Origin: Eledone cirrhosa
Lineage: Eukaryota
Assembly (NCBI GenBank): GCA_964016885.1
Contig: OZ024746.1
Coordinates: 17,670,001 to 17,734,000, forward strand
Direction of reading: 5' to 3'
Length of the DNA stretch: 64,000 nt
Shown in pieces: positions 38,276-51,785 of this stretch (positions are counted from its first letter, which is position 1; each line of letters opens with the position of its first letter). The position numbers and the translations under genes are program-made. The notes beneath the pieces were generated by a model that made no database searches, was not told where the DNA came from, and saw only the letters and a list, made by a program, of their open reading frames with translations.

Positions 38276-40422
38276 TCTTTAGCAGAGTCTACTCTGTTAC
38301 AAGCATTTATACCAGATCTCTAGCTTGAAGATACACCCCCCCCCCCTTCCTCATACACACACACAGACATCTCAAAGGCTCTAAAATGACTCAGGAATGC
38401 TGCCCTCTCTCTATGCTTAACTAATTCTTCACCATAGTTATAATGAAAAACACACTGCCCATAATTTTCAAATCATTTTGGAAATAATCCAGAATTTGGA
38501 GGGATTTAGTAATATAACTAACTTTCTTATTATTTATCTGGTATTTGGAACATAACAAAGGTTCTTTGATAAATTTATAATAGGAGTTTTTTTTAAAATA
38601 TAAACACTTTAAAATAATTTAATCAGGGGTAGTTTCAAGTGATTTAGTATCATGAAGGATTAAACAATATAAAAATATATGTAATTCTTAAGTTTGTGGA
38701 CTTAAGTTTGTAATTCTTAAGTTTGTGTACTGAAGAAGAATATCCTTAAACATCATTTTTATGTCAACTTTTCCATACAAACATGGGTTCAACATGACGT
38801 TTTGGGGCAATATTTTACAGCCAGATGCCCTTCCAGACATCAACCCTTTTAATCACTTCTTACAACTTACAGGGTTATGGTGTACCTATTCTAAATCAGA
38901 TACACACAGATTCTAAGAAATTGGATGGTTAAGAATGTTATATATGTCTTGAAATGCATGATCCCGTAACTCCCGAGGGAGGCGTAGATGTGCCATATTG
39001 ACATAGTTTTTCTAGGAACCCATCTCCAGGTTTGAATCCAGCAAATTTCTTTCAGAGAAAGTTAGAGAGTAAGAGAACGGAAGTGAGAAAGAGATATAGA
39101 GGAAGAATTGACACCAGTATTAGACTGGTACTTTTTTATTGACCTTGAATGGACGAAAGGCAACGTTTACTTCAGTGTGATTTGAACACAGAGAGCAGAG
39201 AGTTGGATAGAATACCACAAAACATTCTATCCAACGTTCTAACACTTTGCCACTATATGTCTTGAAATAGATTCCTGATATTGGAGAATGGGGTATTACT
39301 GTTGTATTAATGCTTTTAATTACAATTAATTAAAAATCGAAACTATTATTACTTTTAGAGATCAATAAAGACCTTGATTACAGCATTGAGTTAAAGCTTT
39401 ATGTATCAATCATATTTTTAAAATATTGGTTTCAATGTAATTTTGCACCAATGTCTTATATTCTAAGGTGTTGAATTGACAAGAATTGGTAGAACATTTG
39501 CTGTTGGTTCAGCTTTTCTGCTGTACCCAACAACCTTTCATATCTTTGGAGTCAATAAATTATAGAACTAATCAACTACTGGAGTCTATTCTTCTCTCTC
39601 TCTCTCTCTCTCTCTCTCGCTCTCTCTCTCTCGCTCTCTCTCTCTCGCTCTCTCTCTCTCTTTTTCTTTCTCCCTCTCTTTCCCTATGTCTTTTTCTCCC
39701 CTTCTCTCTCTGTCTTTCTTTCTTTCTCTGTATCTGACTCTTATTTCTGTTTATTTCTCCTCTTTCTTTCTCTCTCCTTGTCTGTGCATGTCTTTCTCAG
39801 TCTCTCTCTCCCTGTCTCTTTTCCTAAGCCCCACCTCTCTGTCTGTATCTCTCTCTGTCTCTTCTTTTCCTAACCCTCTCTCAAGCAGCTACATTCTGCC
39901 AAAAGAAGGGTCACGGGAGACCTTTTACAGTACCTTTTTATTAATGTTAAACTAATATATGGTTGTTCTTATGTAATAAATTGTATTGTATATAAGACTA
40001 CTAATGTTAAATATATCATTTAAGGCTGTTAATAGTGTGTATAAGACTACTAATGTTATATTTATATAAAACTGTTAATGTTATGAATTAAATTATATTG
40101 TATATAAGACTACCAATACTAAATAGTTAGTGTAATGAAATAGTGTTGTGTATAAGACCACCAATACTAAATAGTTAGTGTAATGAAATAGTGTTGTGTA
40201 TAATACTACCAATACTAAATAGTTACTGTAATGCAATAGTGTTGTGTATAAGACTACCAATGTTAAATTAATATAGGGTTGTTAACATTGTTAGGTAATA
40301 AATTGAACTGTATGTTAAATTAATATCTGGCTGGTTATGTTATGAAATAGTCATGTATATATAAACTACCATTGTTAAATTGATATGTGAGTAATGTTAG
40401 ATTAATATAATGTTAATTTCAT

Positions 40423-40687
40423 ATAATAAATTGTACTGGATACCAGACTACTAATGTTTAGAATAAAGCTATTAATGATATGTAATAAATTGTACTGGAT
40501 ACCAGACTACTAATGTTTAGAATAAAGCTATTAATGATATGTAATAAATTGTACTGGATACCAGACTACTAATGTTTAGAATAAAGCTATTAATGATATG
40601 TAATAAATTCTACTGGATACCAGACTACTAATGTTTAGAATAAAGCTATTAATGATATGTAATAAATTGTACTGGATACCAGACTAT
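40423..40687. repeat. Minisatellite, 59 bp x about 4.5
   Basis: Unit TAATAAATTGTACTGGATACCAGACTACTAATGTTTAGAATAAAGCTATTAATGATATG; diverged relatives at about 39970-40400. Confidence 0.92.
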
Positions 40688-40754
40688 ATTTTTGTTCTTA
40701 TATGTGGTTGGCAGAATGAAGATAGTGAACTGGTAATGAGGGGAAGGGACATAG

Positions 40755-40799
<45 letters not shown>

Positions 40800-41004
40800 C
40801 ATACATACTAAATAGTATCTAATTCATGTAATAGGGATGGTGTATTGGTAATGGGGAAAGGGGGCATGCCAAGAAAATTGTTTAAGAAATACACACACAC
40901 ATGCGTGTGTGTGTGTGTGTGTATACATACACATGTGTACATACACACACACACACACACATAGATATTATCAAAGAACATAGGTTTTATATGCAGCTGC
41001 TAGC

Positions 41005-41450
41005 TACAAAATGTTTTCCCTGAAAATGAAGGGCAGATTGTATGATGCAGCAATGTTACATGGTGCTGAGACGTAGGCGCTGTGAGCAGAGGACCTGCGA
41101 AGATTGGAAAGAAATGAAGCCTGCATGCTCCAATAGATGTGTTATAGTAATATACATGAACAGCAAAGCATAATTGAACTGAGAGAGAAATTGGATATAT
41201 AAGAGGGATCAGATGCAGTGTGTTAGAGAGGAGATTGCATTGGTATGGTCATGTGATGTGTATGAATGATGACAGCTGTATAAAAAGTTGCAGGGCGATC
41301 AAAGTTGATGGAAATTATGGAGTAGAATGACCCAAGATGGTCTGGGATGAGGTGATAAAAGCTGACCTTACACAATTGCACCTCTCATAGGCAATGACAC
41401 AGAATCGAGATGTTTGGCATTATTCAGTCATTCAGAAGACCTGCCTTTCC
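41005..41450 (+). mobile_element. RTE-type LINE 3' relic
   Basis: KGRLYDAA.LHGAET...DLRRLERNEACML...ERRLHWYGHVM, with stops; homologous to 47039-47495. Confidence 0.8.
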
Positions 41451-41911
41451 ATGAGCACAGATTGAAACATACATCTTGTATGCACCTATTAACTGCTATC
41501 CTTCTTTCCCTCTCCATACACCCCCCACAGCCTACTGCCCCACCCACATCTGATCACGCCACCCTTCTCTTATGCCTTTACATCTCTGCTTCAGTCCCCA
41601 GTCCACACTGTAAAGTAGCCATGTCGGTGTAACAACAAAAAGCACCCAGCCCACCCTGTAAATGTGGTTGGCGTTAGGAAGGGCATCCAGCCATAGAAAC
41701 CAAGCCAGAAACAGTTCTGTATGAACAAAACACAGTGACCTGACCTGACCTGACTTACCTCAAATAGGACAACCCGTCTAAACAGTGCTGACGTGGAAAA
41801 TAGACGCTAAACGATGATGATAATGATATATATATCTAACCCATGCTAGCGTGGAAAATGGACGTTAAACGAAGATGACGATGATGATGATATATATATG
41901 TGTGTGTGTGT

Positions 41912-41975
<64 letters not shown>

Positions 41976-42997
41976 TGCAATTCATGTAGTAGCGTTTAGA
42001 AACACAGTTTAGAATAAACGTTCAGAGTCAGATAAAAATAGAGAGCTGTCATCGTTTTATAAGTTACTTTACATATGAACACAGCAGTTCAATTCTTTCA
42101 GCAAAAATATAAGCAGGCTTGCATGAAAATATTTAGCTTTTGGAAACGTCGTTTGCTGGTTGTCTTTATAATATATAAACAAGTACTGTTAGAATACATA
42201 TAGAAGTTAGAATTGAGGGAGTCTTTTATACAGTAGACAGATTCTTTTGTGTCAGGCGCCAACGGAATCACAAACACTGATAATTATTATTAACAGATGT
42301 GAAAAATCTCCAAGTCAATAAAATCTAGCAAGGCTTGTACCGGATGAAATGAAAACAAGTCTTTTGTATTCAAAGCTAACAGAAGCGTTAAGCTACCATC
42401 AGGTTTATCAAACGAGTAAATTTCTTAGGCTACGATATTCATCCATTTTTTATTTTATTTTATTTTATTTTATTTATCTATTTATATTTTTTTCTGTGAA
42501 GTTGCATGATTTATGAAGCGAGTAGTTCTGTTGTTTCTTTAGCAGACGATATCAGTCCTACACACATGCTAAAGAGATGAGTTCTCCCTAAAGCACGGAG
42601 TCAGTAAAACGAACCAAGGTAGGAAGGAAGGAAAGAAGGGGGCTCTATGTTGCTGTACAGTAGTTCGACTTGCTAGGAATAATAAATAAGTCTTACTCGA
42701 TTCATGCTCTATCATCTTAAAGAAAGAAACGACATATTGGTTAACCTTTTTGATACCAACCAATCCATGGTTCCACCACACCAAACTATATATTTTAAAG
42801 TGTTTATATTTATCTAAAAACTTCCCATCATAATTCTATGCAAGAGCTTTTGTTAAGTTATGTTCCAAACACTACCTTAACAATGACAATATTAGTTATA
42901 TTACTAAATACCTCCGAATTCTTGATTATTTTCAAAATTATTTGAATATCAAAGGCAGTGTCTTTTATCAGAAATATATTTAAAGGTTACTACCGTT

Positions 42998-43269
42998 AGT
43001 GCTGGACTTATTTATTAGGTAACTAAGCTATAGCTTAGGGCCACATACCCTCGGGATGGCCTAATTTTTTAACATATATTTTTCTATGCAGCAATTGAAA
43101 TAAATCAATTAATTAGTTTAAAAGGACATTTTGTAACAATTTAATTTTGTAATCATTAAAAAATAATAATCATGTATAATTATTAAAAATATATTTACCC
43201 GAATTCTTTTAGAGAAGGGCCTCAAATTTTATATAGTTTAGGGTCTCAGCAGGTAAAAGTCTGATCCTG
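42998..43269. mobile_element. Degenerate hAT-like MITE
   Basis: Imperfect termini TAGTGCTGGACTT/AAGTCTGATCCTG, with flanks sharing TACCGT (partial 8-bp TSD). Confidence 0.4.
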
Positions 43270-44023
43270 GGTACCGTAGAACACCCAACTACCTTTAACA
43301 CCAATGGTAGAGGAGTAAAGATGACTTCCGTATGGGATACAGTGGATCATATTTGTCTTGAAGGAGGGTAACCAGTATGTGTTGATAGGAAAGAAATGGG
43401 TGAGAAAAAGCTGTTGGGATGACAGTGATCACTCTGGGAATGGAAGAGGTGATAAGTGTGATGCAAAATAGATGGGTAAGGACTGAGGTGGACAGGAAAT
43501 CAATGAATATCTCGCCAGAATAATAGAGTAAGACAATATATTGTAGCCAGAGAAATTCAACATATTGATGAGAAGGAGTGATATTGACACATTAGGATTT
43601 GGAAACCAGTGTACAAGGGTAACGTAGGAGACAGCTGAACAAGGGAAGCTATTGTACAAGAGGCTATGGAAAATGGAACTAGCCTATTATTCCTTCTGAG
43701 AGAGTGGTGCACGATGTACTACTATCATCATCATTTAACGTCCACTTTCCCTGCTAGCAAGAGTTGGACGGGTTGTCAACAGACCATGTCAGTACTCAAA
43801 GTGGCAACCTGTATCTCACATCTGAGCACTCTACCAAGTGCTCAGACAGGCTAGCAACCTGCAACTCGATTACATCAGATCTTGTGTTCAACCGAGTGCT
43901 TTTTTTATGATGGCACCAACACGAGGGAGATTGTTACCACTTAAACACAACTGAAGGCCCCCTCCCCGATCTTTTTCTACGGCGGGATGCCCTTTCTATT
44001 TAAAACACTACACACACACACAG

Positions 44024-44667
44024 TAAAGTGAGAGTAAGAATGGAGTTTAGTGAGGAATTCCAGATACAAGTAGGTGTCCTCAGCCCGCTCTTGTTTATTA
44101 TCGTCTTCCAAGCCATAACAGAGGAGTTTAAGACTGGCTGCCCATGGGAACTTCTCTATGCTGACGATCTGGTTCTTATAGCAGAATCAGTAGAGGAGTT
44201 AGAGAAGAAATTCTGGCTATGGAAACAGCTTTTGGAATCAAGAGGACAGAGTGAACATAGCTATGACAAAAGTGTTGATAAGTAGAAGAGAGGACAATAC
44301 GCTGATTCCATCAAGAAATGGCCATGTTCGATATGTAGAAAAGGAGCTGGCATAAATTCCATAAAATGTACGTAATGCAGATCTTGGGTACACGAGATGT
44401 AGTGGGATAGCAGGCAAACTAACAGGTAGGGAAAACTACGTATGCAGTAGATGTACAGGGAAAGTTGACAGTAGTAATCGCAGTGATAGACATATTTTTC
44501 CAATGCAGGTGGGTTCTATAGAAGTGGTTGATAGCTTCCGGTACCTAGGTGATCGGATTAGCATTGGAGGGGGTGTTCCGAGGCCATAGTATCTAGGGTG
44601 GAAGAAGTTTAGGGAGCTGCTTCCTTTGTTGACAAAGAAGGGTTTCTCCTTGCGTACGAAAGGACGG
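44024..44667 (+). mobile_element. RTE-type LINE reverse transcriptase relic, 5' part
   Basis: LSPLLFIIV...PWELLYADDLVLIAES, a Cys-rich WPCSICRKG...C..C...VH..C insert, FRYLGD and WKKFRELLPLL. It continues at 47039. Confidence 0.9.
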
Positions 44668-45041
44668 TGTAGCGAAGCGACACCTGTGGTGTGTTAGCTC
44701 TGACGTCACCAACGGACGTCATAAAAGTAACACAGACACTCCGGCAAGGGATGTAGAGCGACAACGCGCATTTTTCTTGGAGCTGATTGTACAAACACGC
44801 ACAAGCCATTCGTATTCTTCTGAATATTTATGAACTAACCTGTGTTTCACTTTAGACGACGAGTATTTGTGTATTTATGACTTGCAAAAATATTCAGAAG
44901 AATACGAATGGCTTGTGCGTGTTTGTACAATCAGCTCCAAGAAAAATGCGTGTTGTCGCTCTGAATCCCTTGCCGGAGTGTCTGTGTTATTTTTATGACG
45001 TCCGTTTCTTTTTTGATGCCCCTTCTTTTCTGGAGGTATGG

Positions 45042-45384
45042 TCAAATTTGAGTAGCGCCTTTGTTCCGTGTATGAACATAAATCAATTTATATATATTTA
45101 TCTAAAACAGAGAATGTCTGTCTGACTCCCTAAAGCTCGAGAACCACCCAACCGATTTTTTTCAAACTTTACACGTGTAATACTTATGGTCGTGTGAGTG
45201 CTTTCAGCAAAAAATATTTCAAAATTAAAATGCCCTAGGGACCGCATTAGGCGCCGGTTAGCGATCTCTCTGCCTTTCTTAGTCTGTCCTTTTAGATAGA
45301 TAGATATAGCTATAATATCACGCCCTTATAATATCTGTCTGTATGTCTGCATTACGACATTATGACAAATATTGTTTTCATTGC
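45042..45384 (+). repeat. Direct repeat including a Helitron-like 5' end (second copy 46237-46577)
   Basis: Two highly similar copies of about 340 bp flank the integrase fragment. The part from about 45100 matches the Helitron 5' end near 20030-20120. Confidence 0.85.
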
Positions 45385-45476
45385 TGACGTATTATCTTCG
45401 CTATTTTCCGTTCATTGCCAGGGAACGTCTTCACGAACCAAAGTATCATCTTCCTGTTTTCCTTCGGTTGCAACGT

Positions 45477-46175
45477 TTTTCGCGATGGCTTGAAGCCATC
45501 CCCTTGAAAGATATCACTGCTGAGACGACAGCGCGTGCCCTTGTGTCTGGATGGATCGCTCGATATGGAGTACCACCGTCAATTACCACGGACCGTGGAA
45601 GGCAGTTTGAATCGAATCTCTTCCATGAATTAACGAAAATCATCGGCGCTAAACGCATCCGAACGACTGCATATCATCCTGCCTCTAATGGAATGGTGGA
45701 GCGCTTCCACCGACAACTAAAAGCCGCTCTACGGGCTTCTCCTGACTCTACGCGTTGGAGCGAGTACCTCCCTATTGTGTTGTTGGGGATTCGATTCGGT
45801 CATCAATAAAGGAGGACCTTGGGTTCTCCCCGGCCGAATTATTGTATGGTGCTCCTCTAGCGTTGCCTGGGCAAATGCTTGCCCCTGTCGATCTTGCTGC
45901 ACAAGATCCGCTTTCCTACGTATCCCGTCTGCGTTCTTATTTTCAGGACCTGCCGCTGATGGATACGAGGAAACACTGTAAAATCTGCAGTCCCGAGGGA
46001 TATTGCCTCGTGGACCCATGTGTTCGTAAGAAACGATGCTGTGAGACCACCTCTCACACAACCGTACTCTGGACCCTACCGTGTGTTGGCTCGTTCTGAT
46101 AAACATTTCACTGTAGACATTAAGGGATCCAGAGAGACCATTGCGGTTGATAGACTTAAACGGGCCCACACAGAT
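45477..46175 (+). pseudogene. Gypsy/Ty3 integrase fragment
   Basis: [10 protein letters not shown]...[11 protein letters not shown]...[23 protein letters not shown], then SPAELLYG and a GPY motif (QPYSGPYRVL...VDRLKRAH); two frameshifts. Confidence 0.93.
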
Positions 46176-46614
46176 GCTCACGCACCTGAGCCACATACAC
46201 CCCCATCTTTCTCTTTTGCACACACACCTGTTTCTTTCAAATTTGGGTAGCGCCTTTGTTCCGTGTATGAACATAAATAAATTTATATATATATATCTAA
46301 AACAGAGAATGTCTGTCTGACTCCCTAAAACTCGAGAACCACCCAACCGATTATTTTCAAACTTTACACGTGTAATACTTATGGTCGTGTGAGTGCTTTG
46401 AGTAAAAAATATTTCAAATTTAAAATGCCCTAGGGACCGCATTAGGCGTCGGTTAGCGATCTCTCTGCCTTTCTTAGTCTGTCCTTTTAGATAGATATAT
46501 AGCTATAACGTCGCGCCCTTATAATATCTGTCTGTATATCTGCATTACGACATTATGACAAATATTGTTCTCATTGCATTTTTCTTGGAGCTGATTGTAC
46601 AAACACGAACAAGC

Positions 46615-46998
46615 TGTAGCAGTGACCTCCCTTGTTGTGACTCACAACCCCAATAGATTAACAACATCTAGACGGGAAGTAGAACCCTTTCTGTAACTTC
46701 CGGTCAGAACCCTATAAAACTAACAACTTTAAGCTCTCTCCCTCTCATTTGCCCTTCCGGCGCCTGGCCTTCGCCAGGCGTCTCGCGTTTGCCTGGCAAT
46801 CAAAACGGTAACTACTAACTTTGCTTCATTCTATCATCTATTACTTTGACATGTCAACTAGACTGTTCTATATATATCCATGATTGTTAATTAAATATTA
46901 TACACACAAACCAACTCTCCATGTTACTTTCATATACACCGCCAGTATCTACGCTAAATTGCCTTGTTACATTCATACAACCCAGTATCTTCGCTATA
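46615..46998 (+). mobile_element. Solo LTR with 4-bp TSD AAGC
   Basis: aagc|TGTAGC...GCTATA|aagc. The uninterrupted target ACAAGCCATTCG is seen at about 44801, and there is a TATA-like CTATAAAA. Confidence 0.85.
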
Positions 46999-47038
46999 AA
47001 GCCATTCGTATTCTTGCAAGTCATAAATACACAAATAC

Positions 47039-47495
47039 TTATATGATGCCTGTGTGAGATGCGAGATGCTGCATGGTATTGAGGCATGGGCAGCAACTGC
47101 AGAAGATATGCGACGGCTGGAGAGAAATGAGGCAAGCATGCTCCGTTGGATGTGCAATGTCAATGTGCGTGAACGACCAAGCATAGACGAGTTGAGAAAG
47201 AAACTGTGTCTGAGAGGGATAAGTTGTGGTGTGCAGGAGAGAAGACTGAGATGGTATAGACATGTGATGCGCATGGAGGATGACCGCTGGGTAAAGAAGT
47301 GCCAAGAAATCCCAGTAGAAGGAAGACGCAGTAGAGGAAAACCACGAAAAACATGGGCGGAGGTGGTGAGAGCAGACCTCAGATCGCTGAAACTCACGGA
47401 GGAGATGACGAAGGACCGTGACAAGTGGAGAAATGCTGTGCTGAATAGGACCCGTCCCATCCTTGCAAGCAGGGAAAAGCGGACGGATGATGATG
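47039..47495 (+). mobile_element. RTE-type LINE 3' part
   Basis: LYDACVRCEMLHGIEAW...LERNEASMLRWMC...ERRLRWYRHVMRM...RGKPRKTW...DRDKWR, ending in a (GAT)n tail. Confidence 0.92.
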
Positions 47496-48084
47496 ATATA
47501 TATATAGATGAATAAATTGGATATACCAGTTTCTTACCATATGCGAAGTAGCTCGATATATTAACCACTTAGGGAAGAATACAGAGCATAATTTTTTAAA
47601 AACCAATTGTCAACCAAAGAGGTACTTCAAATAATTTTATTAATGTCTACACACACGTGTGTGTGTGTGTGTGGAATGTTTACTACGCGAGCTGTTCGTA
47701 TACCGTAAACAAATACCAACAAATACCTTTCTTATTTAACAAGTAACAAATAAAAGTACGACATCTGAGCCTGGACATATTAATAAATAACATTGGTGTA
47801 ATGACAGATGGTTGACATATCTTTCGCTGGTGGAAACTAGAATTAGGTGTGACTAGATTGATAAGAAGACACGAGTTAAAGATCCACTTTCAGGTATTAG
47901 AGATATAAAACATAGTGAAGGTAAGCAAGAGATTTAACTAGAACAGAGGAGAATAGATTGATGAAAAGAAACACGGAGTGGATATCAGGTGAAGGGAATT
48001 GTTTGGGAAGATATAGTAAAATATTGTGTGACCGCAACTAAAATATTACCTTTATCTCTGGCAAGGAAAATTGTTCAATGAACA

Positions 48085-48425
48085 TATAACAGCGACACTG
48101 GGTTGTATGTACAATGTTTATTTAACAAGGTTGAGCTATGTAGAGCAGAATAGTTGACATGCCAAGAGAGATGAAAGGATGAATTAAAGTTAGTTGTTTA
48201 CCGTTTTGAAGTCAGCGCGCAAGAGACCAAGAGGTCTTTACATTACCATGTTCAGGTTGCCAGAGAGTATACCCTCGGCGGAACGCGCCTGGCCGAAAGG
48301 TGAAATGAGAGGGAGTTAGCTTTCGGCTCTCTCCTTTATAGTTCCTTCGGACGGAAGTCCCTAAGAAGATTCTGCAACCTCAACGGGAAGTAACTCCAGC
48401 TACTTCCTGTCTAGAGAGCACTACA
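48085..48425 (-). mobile_element. Solo LTR with 4-bp TSD AACA, related to 46615-46998
   Basis: aaca|TATAAC...ACTACA|aaca. The minus strand shares TCTAGACRGGAAGTAG, CTATAAA, CCCTCTCATTT, TCAAAACGGTAA, CATGTCAACTA and CATACAACCCAGT with the other LTR. Confidence 0.8.
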
Positions 48426-48437
48426 AACACGTTAACA

Positions 48438-48472
<35 letters not shown>

Positions 48473-48591
48473 CATAGTATGCAGGAGAGGAAAACGGAAG
48501 ATAACGCAGAAAATTAGAATGTTGAATATATTACAGTCGCTTGTGTGAAGAGATAAGACAGAAGTGAAAGATATATTTCAGGTAATAGCAA

Positions 48592-48750
48592 CAGAGCCGT
48601 CTTAACGCATGGGCACGCTGGGCAGTTTCCCAGAGGCCCCACGAGGATAGGGGGCCCATTTGTATCTTTATTCCTGCGAGTGGTTGTGTAGGTAGGGGCC
48701 CCAGTGCTCTGCTTTGCCCGGGGGCCTATAATGCTGTTAAGACGGCTCTG
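48592..48750. mobile_element. hAT-type MITE, 159 bp
   Basis: Perfect 15-bp TIR CAGAGCCGTCTTAAC and perfect 8-bp TSD AATAGCAA. Confidence 0.93.
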
Positions 48751-48885
48751 AATAGCAACAACATTTGACGGACGAAAAGATACTCGGAATAGATCCTACG
48801 AGAAGGACAAACATAGTGAGGCAGACAGACAAGATATGGAGGGACAACATTGAAACATTATTAGTTATATTATTTAACTTTACCA

Positions 48886-49078
48886 GGGCGGTGGATTGGC
48901 ATTATCGGTAGAGAGTCGGACACCATGCTTTGAAGCATAGAGTTACGTCCCTTTATGATCTGAGTTCAAATCTCGCCGAGGTTAACTTTGCCTTTCATCC
49001 TTACGGGGTCGATAAAATAAAGTACCAGTAATGCACTGGGTAATTGCTGGCCTTGTGCCAAATGTAGAAACAATTATT
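48886..49078 (+). mobile_element. tRNA-derived SINE, family A, full length
   Basis: GGGCGGTGGATTGGCATTATCGG...GAGTTCAAATCTC...GCCTTTCATCCTTACGGGGTCGATAAAATAAAGTACCAG...GGCCTTGTGCCAA. Confidence 0.88.
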
Positions 49079-51342
49079 TCATATTCTAAGCTTTGTTCTT
49101 GCAATGGTAAGATATACTGTGCAGTATTGGTAGTGTGTTATGACTTTCTACGTTCTGAGCTTAAATCCCGTCAACTTTGCCCATTAGAATACCGCCACAC
49201 CCTAGGCCTAGAGCCCCCCCCCCCCCTCATTCTTCTGTGACCATAGAATCCTTGCCTTTCCCTTCCTTTCCCGTTTTCATAACCACGGAAGAATGAGGAG
49301 TTAAATAATTATTTACATCTTTTTTACAACTACAAGTTGAAATCTACCAAAGATCTTGTTATTACAAACGATTATAAGAAAAATAACTTAGTCGATGTGT
49401 TTGTTGCTTCGTACTTGCAACGACATGTTTCTGACTTCCATGATATAAATAAATGTCTCATTAACGCTCAATTCTCTATAAATATAAATTTATTGTCGAA
49501 AGTTGATTTTCCATACAGACGATAGAATATCTCAAATAACAGATAGGTCGTAGAAGAACAATTGACGAAATGTAGAACATGGTTTGTTGATAACTGTTCT
49601 ATTCCTCCTAACAGGATTATGGGAGGAATATAGCAGGAGTTAACCTGTAGTAAGTCTTTTCACCTTGTTCACTTGTGCAGTGATTTTCACGAAAAAGTGA
49701 CAATGTATTTATACGCGACTTACCATTGGTCTGCTTAACCGAATTGCATATGAAATGTTGCTATTGCGAGGTATGAAGTAGTTCCACTACATAATTGTTG
49801 ATTAAATTCAAAATTGTCATAGAATCATAGACAGTTCCTTTCATTAGAAATATGATAACGAAAGGGTTAAAATGAAGACCATGCCACCATTCCGAAAATC
49901 GATAAAATATAGTACCAGTAATGTTCTGGTGTCAATATACTCGACTTTATTTCCCCACAAAATGACTGACTTTGTGCCTATGTTAGAAACAATTTTATAT
50001 TCTTCACCAAGTTCTTTCGTAAAACATTCTGTGATCTCCTAAGACCTAAATGACTATTTGATCTTTTTTGTGTCGTCTCTTCTTTCTGGTCTTAATCTGT
50101 TACTCCATCTTCTCTTTTGTTTGTAGATGGAGTAACATATTAAGATTGCTTTCCTGTATAGTTCCGTAGTCAGGTAATGGCGGGCCTAGTCCAAAGGTTG
50201 GCAAGATTTAAGAGTTCTAACCTGTACTATGGGAGTTGGTTCTTTGGGGGAGTGGGGAGAGACGATATAGTGCTGAAGGAAGACACACAGAGGGAGAGAC
50301 AGATACACATACAGTGAGAAGGGGAGAAAGAGAGAGACATACTCATGCAGGTAGAGAAAGAGAGAAGAGAGAGAGGGACATATTTAAGCAGGCAAATAGA
50401 GAAGAGTGGGAGGGAAAAAAGAGAGGGATATATACATACTATGAAAGAGAGAGAGGGAGGAAAGAGTGAGAGAGGAGAGAAAGAGAAAGAAATACTCATA
50501 TAAGCCGAGAAAGAGAGGGATATACCCATACAGGGAGAGAAGAGAGAGAGGTGGGGGGGGGGATATTTAATTGCACAGAAAATGAAGCCGTCCGAAACGA
50601 CGATTTGGCGTTGGAGAGAGAGAGAGGAGAGAGAAAGAGCGGGTGAAATAGAGAGATTGTGTATGTGAGAGTGAGAGCGCTAGAGAGGGTGAGAATGATC
50701 GAGACTGTGTGTGTATGAGAAAGAGAGAGAGAGGGGGAGGATAAAAGAGATAGAGACAATGTGCATGTGTGAGTGGAAGATATAGAGATTGTGTGTGTGA
50801 GAGAGAGAGAAAAAGAGAGAGATAGAGAAAGTGTATGTGACAAAGAGAGTGAGAGTGAGAGTGTGAGAGAGAAAAAAGAGAGAGGGGAGATTAAAATGAA
50901 TTTTAAAATGATAATGAAGTAATGAAAAGTAGAAAATTGGTTGTTATGTAAAATAAAAACAAAATTTTCTCGCCAAACTATTTGATGCCAAATAGGTTTT
51001 ACACCAAATCGCCATTGGCAACAGAACAGAGCCAAGTCGACTGTGTTAAAACCTAGCTAAACATAAAATTTATTTCACTGTTTAAACTAACCAACTGTAT
51101 ATAAATATATATATATATATAAAATAAATGGAAATAGAAACATCTCGATTTTATTGTTCTGTAAAAAGCTCAATGGAAGAAAGATTTATTTTTTTAAAAC
51201 CATTCCAGAGCTCACCTATGCAAGAATATTACAGAAAACAATATTAATTATACTGTATAGTGTAATACAATGTACAAAAATAACCAAATTGTAAAAATAT
51301 TACTTATATTACTTGTTTTATACATACATATATATGTGTATA

Positions 51343-51698
<356 letters not shown>

Positions 51699-51725
51699 GT
51701 ATATATATATATATGTGTGTGTGTG

Positions 51726-51781
<56 letters not shown>

Positions 51782-51785
<4 letters not shown>

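Larger units (their letters stand above)
44668..47038. mobile_element. Composite 2.37-kb insertion splitting the RTE LINE
   Basis: Removing it rejoins the codons KGR|LYDA. It contains an inverted repeat (44711-44829/44887-45006), two direct repeats, an integrase fragment and a solo LTR. Confidence 0.8.
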
